DNA of 64,000 nt. Source: Acidimicrobiia bacterium. GTDB lineage: Bacteria; Actinomycetota; Acidimicrobiia; Spongiisociales; ZC4RG35. The notes under the pieces were generated by a model. The model had not been told where the DNA came from. It saw only the letters and a list, made by a program, of their open reading frames with translations, and made no database searches. The DNA lies in the NCBI GenBank assembly GCA_035620735.1, contig DASPGH010000125.1:30135-94134 (forward strand), given 5' to 3'. Shown here one piece after another: positions 8,795 to 17,494 of this stretch (the stretch's first letter is position 1; each line of letters opens with the position of its first letter). Position numbers and translations under genes: made by a program.

Positions 8795-9571
8795 TTATAG
8801 CCCGTGCCGTTTCAGGGCGAGATGGGATCCCATGCCGCCGTCGGGTGTGAGATTGGCTCCGCGGAACCAGCGGGCCTCGTCGCTGAGGAGAAAGACGACG
8901 ACCGGGGCGATGTCCTCGGGTCGTCCGAAACGGTCCATGTGGCGCACGCTTTCCTGGGCCCGCTCGCCCAGCGTCTCGATGAAGTCGGCGAGAATCGGTG
9001 TCTCCACCGGTCCGGGGCTGACGCAGTTCATACGGATTCCTCGGTCCCGCCAGGTCCACCGGTTCTGCATGGTCCAGACGATCATCGCCTCTTTCGACAG
9101 GAAGTAGCTCCTCGGCCCTCTATCGAGATCGTGTCTGGCCACGAAATCGGGGAGATGATCATGGTCGGTCGCTAGCAACTCTCGGACCTGGTCCAGGTGG
9201 TCTCGCCAACCGTTGCCCGCCATCGAGGCCAGGTTGACGATCGAGGCGTTCTCGGCGAGTTTCGGTGCCAACGCCTCGGTGAGCCGGATGGGGGCGAGCG
9301 TGTTGACGGCGAGCACCAATTCGGCGGGCTGCGTCGGGGCCACCCCAGCGATGTTGCACAAGCCGTCGCAGCCGGAGGGCAGACGTGCGACTAGGTCGTC
9401 GATCTCCGACGGGTTGGACAGGTCGGCTTCGAAGTGCTCGTCGACGCTGTCTGCGGTATTGCGGTCGACACCGACGACGGTGGCACCACGTCTGTGCAAC
9501 TCGGTGACGGTGGCCGCGCCGATCCCAGAAGCTGCTCCGGTGACGATGATGCGACGGTCGTCGAGATCCAT
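8795..9571 (-). CDS. Short-chain dehydrogenase/reductase (3-alpha-hydroxysteroid / coniferyl-alcohol dehydrogenase-like)
   Basis: 258 aa. Has a TGAASGIG Rossmann motif, a catalytic YFLSK (YxxxK), and the truncated-loop SDR layout of HsdA/CalA-type enzymes. Confidence 0.8.
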   Translation of the reverse strand: MDLDDRRIIVTGAASGIGAATVTELHRRGATVVGVDRNTADSVDEHFEADLSNPSEIDDLVARLPSGCDGLCNIAGVAPTQPAELVLAVNTLAPIRLTEALAPKLAENASIVNLASMAGNGWRDHLDQVRELLATDHDHLPDFVARHDLDRGPRSYFLSKEAMIVWTMQNRWTWRDRGIRMNCVSPGPVETPILADFIETLGERAQESVRHMDRFGRPEDIAPVVVFLLSDEARWFRGANLTPDGGMGSHLALKRHGL

Positions 9572-9638
9572 CTAGCGGGTATGCAACCGGGTGCGTTGAT
9601 CGCGTTCGTGAGCGTGGTGGATGAGGCGGGACATGATG

Positions 9639-10652
9639 TCAGCCGGGCCGGAGTCTGCGCAGTCTCGCTCCCAGAGTCGGGATGACACCACGGGGGATCC
9701 AGAGGAAGAGGGCGATGATCAGCACCCCGTAGACGAGGACCTGGAGCTGGCCGAGCTCCACCAGGACTTCGCCGATGACTGTGAAGACCACAGCTCCGAG
9801 CACCGGTCCGAAAAGAGTTCCGATGCCGCCGAAGGCGAGCATGACGACAACGACCACGTCGACATGGGCGAAAGCGAACGTCGTCGGGCTGACCCGTCCC
9901 GCGGTGAAAGCATAGGTCGCCCCGGCCAGACCGAGCATGGCACCACCAATCACAGCGGCCAGCACCCGGTAGCTGGCCACGTTGACTCCGGCGAGCTCGG
10001 CGGCGACCTCGTCGTCGCGAAGGGCGCGGAATGCCCAGCCGATGTGCGAGCGACGCATCAGACCGTGCACGACGAGAAACACGATCACCAGACCGAGCAG
10101 GAGGTAGTACGGCGGGATCTCCTCCCGCAGGAACGTGCCGGCCCCGGCGTCGATCGAGCGACCCGAGTCGCCACCTGTGATTTCACTGAGACCGAGGAGA
10201 AGCGCTTCGAAGGACAGGGCGAAGATCAGTGTGATGATGCCGGTGAAGATGACGCCAAGTGACCGGCGCACCGCCACATAGCTGAGGAGACCTCCCATGA
10301 GGCCGGCGGCGATCCCCCCGAGGAGAATGCTGACCACGACGGGCAAACCGGTCTCGTCGGCGAGAAGGACCCCCGTGTAGCCACCGAGACCGGCCAGTGC
10401 ACCCACACACAAGAACAGTTGCCCGGTGCTTCCGAAGATCAGATTGAAGCCGATCGTGTAGCAGGCGTAGGAGAGCCCGATCACGGACACACCCATGTAG
10501 ACCCTTGAGTCACCGATCCAGATGGGAACGAGAGCCAGCAGACCACCGATGATGAGGATGGGCGCCAAAAGGGAAATCAACGATCCCGTTGTGCGCTGCT
10601 CCGCCCCTCCGATGAAAGAGGTGCCCGTCCCCTCCGTGAACCTCTCCGTCAC
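9639..10652 (-). CDS. HAAT-family (Liv-type) ABC transporter permease, LivM-like
   Basis: 337-aa polytopic membrane protein. 4-nt overlap with the upstream permease gene. Confidence 0.85.
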   Translation of the reverse strand: MTERFTEGTGTSFIGGAEQRTTGSLISLLAPILIIGGLLALVPIWIGDSRVYMGVSVIGLSYACYTIGFNLIFGSTGQLFLCVGALAGLGGYTGVLLADETGLPVVVSILLGGIAAGLMGGLLSYVAVRRSLGVIFTGIITLIFALSFEALLLGLSEITGGDSGRSIDAGAGTFLREEIPPYYLLLGLVIVFLVVHGLMRRSHIGWAFRALRDDEVAAELAGVNVASYRVLAAVIGGAMLGLAGATYAFTAGRVSPTTFAFAHVDVVVVVMLAFGGIGTLFGPVLGAVVFTVIGEVLVELGQLQVLVYGVLIIALFLWIPRGVIPTLGARLRRLRPG

Positions 10653-11506
10653 TCGGCCACTCCCAACAACCCAGCCGGTCTGATCAGGATGGTTATGGCC
10701 GCGGCCACCAAGAGGATCACGAGCGACAGGAAGGTCCCGATCTGGGCGGCGGCGAAAGTGCTGATGATGCCCAGGATGATCCCGGCGAGCAGGGCACCGG
10801 TGACACTCCCGAGCCCTCCCACCACAGTCACGATCAGGGCGTTGACCGTGAGCCCGAAGCCGGCCGTCACGTTCACCGGGGCGACCATCGACCTGGTGAC
10901 CGCGACGAGGGCGGCTAGAACACCGCTGAGGATGAGGATCAGCCGCAACATGCGGCCCGGATCGACACCGACGAGACGGGCCCCCTCTTCGTCCTCGATC
11001 ACCGAACGGACGGCGCGGCCCATCGTGGTCGCCCGGAAGAAGTAGAGAAGTGCGGCCAGGGCGACGATAGTGACGGCCGAGGCAACGATGCTGCCCGCCG
11101 GCATCCTCACGCCGAGCAACTCGATGGGGCCGCTGCCCACACGAATGCTGAGACCGAGCAGCGGATAGCGCCAGTTCAAGAAGCCATCGACTATGAAGGC
11201 GACCCCCAGGGTGAGCAACAAGCTGAGCAGGACACGGGCCTCACCGCGACGTCTGTAGATGGGGCGGAGGATGGTCAGGTCGAGGATGAGACCGAGGAGG
11301 CCCCCGGTTATCAAGCCGACGATGATCGCGGGAATCAAGGGCACCCCCGCATCGATGGTGAAGAGCACGACCATGGCCGAGATGACGGCCATCTGACCAT
11401 AAGCCAGGTTGAGGACGCCGCCCAGCCCGTAGACCAGGGTGAGACCCGCGGCGAGCAGACCGAACTGAAGCCCGAGAACCATCCCATCGAGGAGATTGGC
11501 TATCAC
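10649..11506 (-). CDS. HAAT-family ABC transporter permease, LivH-like
   Basis: 285-aa polytopic membrane protein (MIANLLDGMVLGLQFGLLAAGLTLVYG..). 4-nt overlaps on both sides. Confidence 0.85.
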   Translation of the reverse strand: MIANLLDGMVLGLQFGLLAAGLTLVYGLGGVLNLAYGQMAVISAMVVLFTIDAGVPLIPAIIVGLITGGLLGLILDLTILRPIYRRRGEARVLLSLLLTLGVAFIVDGFLNWRYPLLGLSIRVGSGPIELLGVRMPAGSIVASAVTIVALAALLYFFRATTMGRAVRSVIEDEEGARLVGVDPGRMLRLILILSGVLAALVAVTRSMVAPVNVTAGFGLTVNALIVTVVGGLGSVTGALLAGIILGIISTFAAAQIGTFLSLVILLVAAAITILIRPAGLLGVAE

Positions 11507-12201
11507 ACGACCCCCAAATACGCCTGACGAACCTCGGGGTTCCTGGCCAATTCGGTAGAGGTTCCCTGCAGACGGATGAAACCGTTCTCCAGCACATACC
11601 CCCGGTCACAGAGTGCCAGAGCGAGCGGCACCTGCTGCTCGGCCACGAGAACGGTGAGTCCGCGCTCTCGCAGGGTCCCCAGGGCTTCGTAAGCCTCTGC
11701 CGCCAGCTTCGGGGCGAGACCGGTGGTCGGTTCGTCGAGCACGAGCAGTCTCGGCTTCGCCATGAGCGCCCTGCCCATGGCAAGCATTTGTTGTTCGCCT
11801 CCACTCATGGTGCCCGCATGCTGACGGCGTCGTTCGGCGAGACGGGGGAAGAGTCTCATGACCAGATCCAGGGTCTCCCCGTCGGGTCGATTGGGATAGG
11901 CACCCAACGCGAGATTGTCCTGAACCGTCATTCGCGGGAAGAGATGTCTCTCCGCCGGGACGAAGCTGATGCCGAGTCTGACGATGCGTTGTGCGGGCAG
12001 GTGTGTGATGTCTTCACCCTCGAACTGCACCGACCCCGAGGAGGTGGCCAGCAAGCCAATCATCGACCGGAACAGGGTCGTTTTCCCCGCACCATTCGAG
12101 CCGATGATCATCACTGCTTCGCCTTCGTCGACGTGGAAGTCGATCCCCTCGAGCACGTCTCCGCCTTCGTACCCGGCAGCGAAGCCGATCACTTCAAGCA
12201 T
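11503..12201 (-). CDS. HAAT-family ABC transporter ATP-binding protein, LivF-like
   Basis: ORF 11503..12261. Start moved to ATG 12201 (MLEVIGFAAGY..), which overlaps the LivG-like stop (ATGCTTGA). Walker A GSNGAGKTT, signature MSGGEQQ, Walker B LLVLDEP. Confidence 0.88.
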   Translation of the reverse strand: MLEVIGFAAGYEGGDVLEGIDFHVDEGEAVMIIGSNGAGKTTLFRSMIGLLATSSGSVQFEGEDITHLPAQRIVRLGISFVPAERHLFPRMTVQDNLALGAYPNRPDGETLDLVMRLFPRLAERRRQHAGTMSGGEQQMLAMGRALMAKPRLLVLDEPTTGLAPKLAAEAYEALGTLRERGLTVLVAEQQVPLALALCDRGYVLENGFIRLQGTSTELARNPEVRQAYLGVV

Positions 12202-12937
12202 CGGCTGCGCCCTCTGATCCCAGATACGCCTCGACGACCGCCTCGTCGCGCATGACGACATCGGCGGGGCCCTCGGCCAGGAGTTGGCCGAAGTTGAGGA
12301 CGATCACTCTCTCGGCCAGTTGCATCACCGCAGCCATGACGTGCTCTACCCACACGACGGTCACGCCGAGCTGCTCTCTGATGGTGCGGACCATCTCGAT
12401 GGAGGCATGGAGCTCGGACTCGTTCAACCCTGCCATCACCTCGTCGAGGAGCAACAGCTTCGGCTGACCGGAGAGGGCTCTGGCCAGCTCGAGAAATCGC
12501 TGCTCGTGCAGGTTCAGATTCCCGACATGATCCTGTCTCCGGTCGCCCAGACCGACCAGGGAGAGCATCTCGGAACCGACCTGAAGCGCCCGGGATTCGT
12601 CACGATGACCGGTTTGCCCACCGAACATCGCACCGATCGTGGCGTTCTCCAGCACGGTCATGGTCGGGAACGCCCTCGGGGTCTGTTGCACCATGGCGAT
12701 GCCACGTTTGCGAACCGTGTGGCTGGGCGTGCCAGTGATGTCCTCTCCGGCGAATCTGACCGAGCCCGCTGTTGCGCGTTCCAACCCGACGATCAGCTTG
12801 AGGAGCGTGCTCTTGCCCGCGCCATTGGGGCCGACGATGGCGAGGATCTCGCCGTCGTCGGCCCCTGCGGTCACTCCGTCTACTGCCGGGAGACCTCCGA
12901 AGCGCTTCTCGACTCCGTCGAGCTCGAGAAGTTTCAC
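12194..12937 (-). CDS. HAAT-family ABC transporter ATP-binding protein, LivG-like
   Basis: Walker A GPNGAGKST, Walker B LLLLDEV, C-terminal LivG-type extension. Confidence 0.88.
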   Translation of the reverse strand: MKLLELDGVEKRFGGLPAVDGVTAGADDGEILAIVGPNGAGKSTLLKLIVGLERATAGSVRFAGEDITGTPSHTVRKRGIAMVQQTPRAFPTMTVLENATIGAMFGGQTGHRDESRALQVGSEMLSLVGLGDRRQDHVGNLNLHEQRFLELARALSGQPKLLLLDEVMAGLNESELHASIEMVRTIREQLGVTVVWVEHVMAAVMQLAERVIVLNFGQLLAEGPADVVMRDEAVVEAYLGSEGAADA

Positions 12938-12944
12938 TCCGTTT

Positions 12945-14261
12945 CTAGGACCCCGGCACGTACGGCTCGAGTGGATCAGACTGGCTCAGCAGCTCAACCC
13001 ACCATTCACCAGCGTCGTTCAGCCCCTCGGGGGCAGGACCCTCGGTTATCTGGAAGAAAGTCGGCTGTGACTGCGATAGCTCACCCCACTCCGTCCAAGC
13101 CAGCGGATGGGCGTAGCCCGGCATGTCGAACTCGGTGCCGTGTATGTACTCGGCGATCGCCGTCGGGTCGTCTCCGACCTCACCGACCGCCTCGGCCACC
13201 ATCGAGACGATGGCGTAGCCGGCAACGGCGTCGTCCGACATGAACCCGTTGTCCGAGAACTCCAGATAGCGGGCGGCCAGATCGGCATAGCTGTCACTGG
13301 TGTAGTCGGCACACGAGAAGTCGGAGTAGCGCCCGATCGCCAGCTCCTGAAGGCCACCGACCACCAGGTCGGGTGGTGTCCAGGCTCCGGTCACCGGGAT
13401 GTCCTCTCCGATGAGGTCAGTCGTGGCGGTGAGAATCGCGGCGTTCCCTGGTGGATGACCCGTGGCGATCACCATCTGCGCCCCGGCATCGCCCATGGCA
13501 CGCACGAATGGCGTGAAGTCGGTGTCGGGGGGCACGGGAGCCACCTGGATGTCGCCGTAGTCGACTCCGGCTGCCTCCAGAGCGGGCCCGACAGCGGCAC
13601 CGAAGGACTGGCCCCAGGGATAGTCGGCGATTATGACGCCGACGTTGGTGATGCCCTGTTCGGTGACGTACTGAACCACCGGTCCCGGGGTCATCGGAGC
13701 CGAGGGCAGACAGGTACGGAACGTGTATCGACTCTCTTGGTTGAGTGCATCCGGGCTCTCGGTGCCTGCCTTGACGTAGAAGACGGGAACCTGATCGGTC
13801 TCGGCGAGAGGGCCGACGGTCGGGCTGACACCGCTGGAGAGGATGCCTCCCACGGCGACGACGCCCTCTTCGATGAGACGGTCCCACGCCGTTGCAGCGA
13901 CCTCACCGTTGTTCTCGGAGTCCTCGACGACGATCTCGATCATCCGGCCGTCGACTCCGCCGCCGTCATTGATCTCCTGCGCGGCCAGTGCCATTCCGTC
14001 TCGCACGTTGACACCCCACGGGGTGAACGTCGATGTCAGGTCACTCAACTGCCCGATCTTGATGGGCTCGCCCGAAGGCGCCGCTGTCGTGTCGGTCGGG
14101 GCCGCGGTGGTGTCGGTCGGAGCCGCGGTCGTGTCGGTTGGAGCCTCGGTGGTCCCGGCCTCCGGCTCGGTCGTGTCCGCCGTGCCACCGTCACAGGCCG
14201 CCACCACCAGGGCCAGCGCCGCCAACAGCGCCAATAGCCCGGATTTGGGGCGTGTCCTCAT
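12945..14261 (-). CDS. ABC transporter substrate-binding lipoprotein (type I periplasmic binding fold), probable aromatic-acid binder
   Basis: 438 aa. Signal peptide plus lipobox (LVVAACDGG), a Thr/Ala/Pro linker with 3 x TTAAPTD, then a Leu/Ile/Val-binding-protein-like body. Its position next to benzoate-CoA ligase suggests an aromatic substrate (inference). Confidence 0.8.
   Translation of the reverse strand: MRTRPKSGLLALLAALALVVAACDGGTADTTEPEAGTTEAPTDTTAAPTDTTAAPTDTTAAPSGEPIKIGQLSDLTSTFTPWGVNVRDGMALAAQEINDGGGVDGRMIEIVVEDSENNGEVAATAWDRLIEEGVVAVGGILSSGVSPTVGPLAETDQVPVFYVKAGTESPDALNQESRYTFRTCLPSAPMTPGPVVQYVTEQGITNVGVIIADYPWGQSFGAAVGPALEAAGVDYGDIQVAPVPPDTDFTPFVRAMGDAGAQMVIATGHPPGNAAILTATTDLIGEDIPVTGAWTPPDLVVGGLQELAIGRYSDFSCADYTSDSYADLAARYLEFSDNGFMSDDAVAGYAIVSMVAEAVGEVGDDPTAIAEYIHGTEFDMPGYAHPLAWTEWGELSQSQPTFFQITEGPAPEGLNDAGEWWVELLSQSDPLEPYVPGS
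14080..14142 (-). repeat. 3 x 21-bp in-frame tandem repeat inside the binding-protein linker
   Basis: GCCGC[TG]GT[CG]GTGTCGGT[CT]GG[GA] occurs three times (14080-14100, 14101-14121, 14122-14142) and encodes (TTAAPTD)x3. Confidence 0.9.
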
Positions 14262-14370
14262 TTTTCCTCCTCGTTTTTGTTCGGGCGTCGCGTCATATCA
14301 CGCGGCGATCAACGACACTACGCACGCTAAGTGCCACTTTGCAGTGGCGCCCCGCAGACCTCCTGATTTC

Positions 14371-14385
14371 GTTCGCTCTGCGAAC
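14371..14385. promoter_or_regulatory. Palindromic IclR-type box GTTCGCTCTGCGAAC upstream of the ABC importer operon
   Basis: Perfect GTTCG-N5-CGAAC palindrome about 110 nt upstream of the binding-protein start. It differs by one nucleotide from the box in front of pcaR. A second small inverted repeat, GCCACTTTGCAGTGGC, lies at 14333-14348. Confidence 0.5.
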
Positions 14386-14470
14386 AGGTGTGCGACAGGC
14401 GGTCGGGCTGCGAGAGTACGTGCTGGCGATCGTGTCTGCAACCGGTATCGGGGGTTTCCCTGCAGCCATC

Positions 14471-15997
14471 TCAGTCCCCCCTGAGCTTGAACCGTTGGAT
14501 CTTGCCGGTGGCAGTCCGTGGGAAGTCATCGACGAAGTCGACGATGTGCGGGTATTGATATCTGAGGAGCGCCTCCTTGCACCACTCCTGGAGCTCAGCC
14601 ACCAGCTCATCGTCTGGCTCGTAGCCGTCGGAGAGAATGACCGATGCCTTGATTCTTGACACGTCATCGGCAAGGACACTCACTACTGCGGCCTCATGAA
14701 CCGCCTCGTGATCCATCAAACGGTTCTCGATCTCGATCGGGCTCACCCAGAGACCCCCGATCTTCATCATGTCGTCGACCCGGCCCTCATAGACGTAGTT
14801 GCCGATCTCGCTTTGGTGATAGCGATCGCCCGAGGCGAACCAGCCGCCGGCCAGCTTGTCCTTGGTCCTCTCCGTCTGATGCCAGTACTGGGTGAGGGCA
14901 CTTGGCCCCTTCACCCAGAGCTCTCCGGCCTGACCGTCGGTTACCACCTTTCCATCGACATCCCGGATCTCGATCTCGTACCCTTCGACTGCCGTGCCCG
15001 ATGCACCTGGCTCGACACTTCCCAACCGGTTGGTGCAGTAGATGTGGAGCATCTCGGTAGATCCCAGACCATCGAGGATCTCGACCCCGCTGCGTTCGTG
15101 GAATCGGTTCCAGGTGCCCGGTGGCAGGGGCTCCGCGGCTGAGACGCCGAGACGCACCGAGGACCAGTCTGTCGAGTCGAAGTCGGGATGCGCCAGGATG
15201 GCGGCGTACAAGGCCGGCACCGAGAAGTAGATCGTTGGAGAGTGCGAGGCCACCCTCCCCAGGAGCTTGTCGGGTGTCGGCGCGCCCGTGGAATAGACCG
15301 AAGTTGCGCCCACCGAGAGGGGGAAGGTGAGATTGTTCCCCAACCCGTATGCGTGGAACATCTTGGTGCTGGAGAAAACGACATCGTCTTCGCCGATCCC
15401 CAGGGTGGGCTTGGCGTAGTTCTCGCAGGTGGCCCGGACGTTGGCGTGGCGGTGGACGACCCCTTTCGGTGGCCCCGTCGATCCCGAGCTGTAGAGCCAG
15501 AACGCCATGTCGTCGGGATGGGTGTCCACCGGCTCGACCTGATCGGCGCCATCGGCGAGCCAGCTGTCCAGAGACTCATCCTCCCCGGGCTCGCCATTGG
15601 CGACGATCAGCCTGACCTGTCCCCGTTGTGCGACCTCGGGGCCGACCTTGTCCATGAAGACGGAGTCGACGACCGCGGCCACTGCGTAGGAGTCGTCGAG
15701 GAAATACCCGAAGTCCTGTGGTCGGGCCAGGAAGTTGACCGGGATCGGCACCGCCCCGATTCGCATCGCACCGAGGAACGTCGCGGGAAAAGCGGGAGTG
15801 TCGTCGAGGACGAGCAGGATTCGCTCCTCACGCCGGACCCCCAGGTCGAGAAGCCGTGCCGCCACACGGTTGACCGCTGCGGAGAGGTCACCGTAGGTGA
15901 GCCGTTCGTCGTCGGCGGTGATCAGGGCCGTCTTCGTCTCACGTCCGGCCTCCAGGTTGTGGTCGACGAGAGTGCTGACATTGGCCGTCGTCTGCAT
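14471..15997 (-). CDS. Benzoate-CoA ligase family (aromatic acid:CoA ligase)
   Basis: 508-aa ANL-superfamily adenylating enzyme (YSSGSTGPPKGVVH, ..GDRY.., ..GRVDDMMKIGGLWVSP..) lying directly downstream of boxC-boxB. It cannot be told apart from 4-hydroxybenzoate-CoA ligase by eye. Confidence 0.85.
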   Translation of the reverse strand: MQTTANVSTLVDHNLEAGRETKTALITADDERLTYGDLSAAVNRVAARLLDLGVRREERILLVLDDTPAFPATFLGAMRIGAVPIPVNFLARPQDFGYFLDDSYAVAAVVDSVFMDKVGPEVAQRGQVRLIVANGEPGEDESLDSWLADGADQVEPVDTHPDDMAFWLYSSGSTGPPKGVVHRHANVRATCENYAKPTLGIGEDDVVFSSTKMFHAYGLGNNLTFPLSVGATSVYSTGAPTPDKLLGRVASHSPTIYFSVPALYAAILAHPDFDSTDWSSVRLGVSAAEPLPPGTWNRFHERSGVEILDGLGSTEMLHIYCTNRLGSVEPGASGTAVEGYEIEIRDVDGKVVTDGQAGELWVKGPSALTQYWHQTERTKDKLAGGWFASGDRYHQSEIGNYVYEGRVDDMMKIGGLWVSPIEIENRLMDHEAVHEAAVVSVLADDVSRIKASVILSDGYEPDDELVAELQEWCKEALLRYQYPHIVDFVDDFPRTATGKIQRFKLRGD

Positions 15998-16048
15998 GGC
16001 GAGAGACGCTAGTGACGGGTCTTCGTGGGTCGTCGGCCAGACTGCACG

Positions 16049-17494
16049 TCAGGGCAACCTCACGTATTCGAAGTCGGGTGGTTTCTGGTCGATACCCCGG
16101 GTCGGCGGGGCGATCCAGGGAGCGAAGACCCCCGGCTCGTAGTGGGGCTGCATGATGCTCTCGATGTAGTCCTGGTCAGCGCTCGTTGGCAGCCAATCGT
16201 CACGGGAGCTCTCGAACTGGCTGTCGGTGATCACCTCTCCGGTTGGGGAGACCGATAGGTCGGCAAACTCGCCGATCTCACGGTTGAAGGCAACGTGGGG
16301 GAGGGTGATCTCGAATTTCACCCCGTGGCTGGAGATCTCCTTGTTCCAGCGTCTGATCCCACCCAGGCAATCTTCCATGAAATCGTCGCGGAGTCTGGCG
16401 TTCAAGGCGTTGAGAGCAGGTATCTCAACCTGACCCAGGGCACCGTTGACCAACTTCATCACCGGATATGTCGAGTCGCGGAGGCGGTGGTCGTCCTCGA
16501 GACGGTCCTCGTGATAGCGACCCTTGAGACCGGCGTTGAAGAAGTTGGCCGCGTTTGTCGACTCTTCCGAGCCAAACAGATCGAGCGTCAACGAGTAATG
16601 CAGATTCACCTTCCGCTGGATGGCAGGGAGGTCGATCACCCCGAGCCGGCGCACGGCCTCGACGTCGTAGGGGTCCTCGATACCAGCCTCAGACATCGCC
16701 TTCGCGGTTGCCTCCACCACACGCATCACCCCGGTGTAGCCGACGAACATGTGGTGGGCTTCCTCGGCGAGCATGAAACGGCAGGTTCGTGACAACGGAT
16801 CGAACCCGGACTGGGCCAGGGCCTCGAGCTGCATCTTTCCGTCGCGGTCGGTGAAGTAGGTGAACATGAAAAAAGAGAGCCAGTCGGGGGTCTCTTCGTT
16901 GAAGGCGCCGAGCATGCGCGGCTGTTCCTCGCTGCCCGACGATCGCTTGAGGAGGTCGTCGGCCTCCTCGCGCCCGTCGCGTCCGAAGTACTTGTGGAGC
17001 AGATAGACCATCGCCCAGAGATGTCGGCCTTCTTCGACGTTCACCTGGAACAGGTTCCTCATGTCGTAGAGGGAAGGGGCGATGCTCCCCAGATGCTTCT
17101 GCTGCTCGACCGAGGCGGGCTCGGTGTCGCCCTGGATGACGATGAGACGCCGTAGCATCGATCGGTACTCGCCGGGCACCTCCTGCCACACCGGCTCACC
17201 GGCGTGAGCGCCAAAGGGGATCTCGCGCTGCTCCTCCTCCGGGGCGAGCAGGATGCCCCAGCGGTATTCGGGCATCTTCACGAAGCCGAACTTGGCCCAG
17301 CCCTCTTTCTCGACGCTGATGGCGGTGCGGAGATAGACGTCGGCCATCTGGAACCCCTCCGGTCCCATCGACATCCACCAGTCGATGTAACCGGGGTGCC
17401 ACTGCTCGAGGGCCCGCTGCAGCTTGGGGTCGTCAGCCAGCCCCACGTTGTTGGGGATAAGGCTGTCGTAGTCGACGTCTTGCCAGGTCATCAA
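16049..17494 (-). CDS. boxB: Benzoyl-CoA 2,3-epoxidase, di-iron oxygenase subunit
   Basis: 481 aa. The N-terminus ..DYDSLIPNNVGL..LQRALEQWHPGYIDWW.. and ferritin-like di-iron helices (..EEGRHLW.., ..LAEEAHHMF..) are as in BoxB. 4-nt overlap with boxC. Confidence 0.88.
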   Translation of the reverse strand: MMTWQDVDYDSLIPNNVGLADDPKLQRALEQWHPGYIDWWMSMGPEGFQMADVYLRTAISVEKEGWAKFGFVKMPEYRWGILLAPEEEQREIPFGAHAGEPVWQEVPGEYRSMLRRLIVIQGDTEPASVEQQKHLGSIAPSLYDMRNLFQVNVEEGRHLWAMVYLLHKYFGRDGREEADDLLKRSSGSEEQPRMLGAFNEETPDWLSFFMFTYFTDRDGKMQLEALAQSGFDPLSRTCRFMLAEEAHHMFVGYTGVMRVVEATAKAMSEAGIEDPYDVEAVRRLGVIDLPAIQRKVNLHYSLTLDLFGSEESTNAANFFNAGLKGRYHEDRLEDDHRLRDSTYPVMKLVNGALGQVEIPALNALNARLRDDFMEDCLGGIRRWNKEISSHGVKFEITLPHVAFNREIGEFADLSVSPTGEVITDSQFESSRDDWLPTSADQDYIESIMQPHYEPGVFAPWIAPPTRGIDQKPPDFEYVRLP

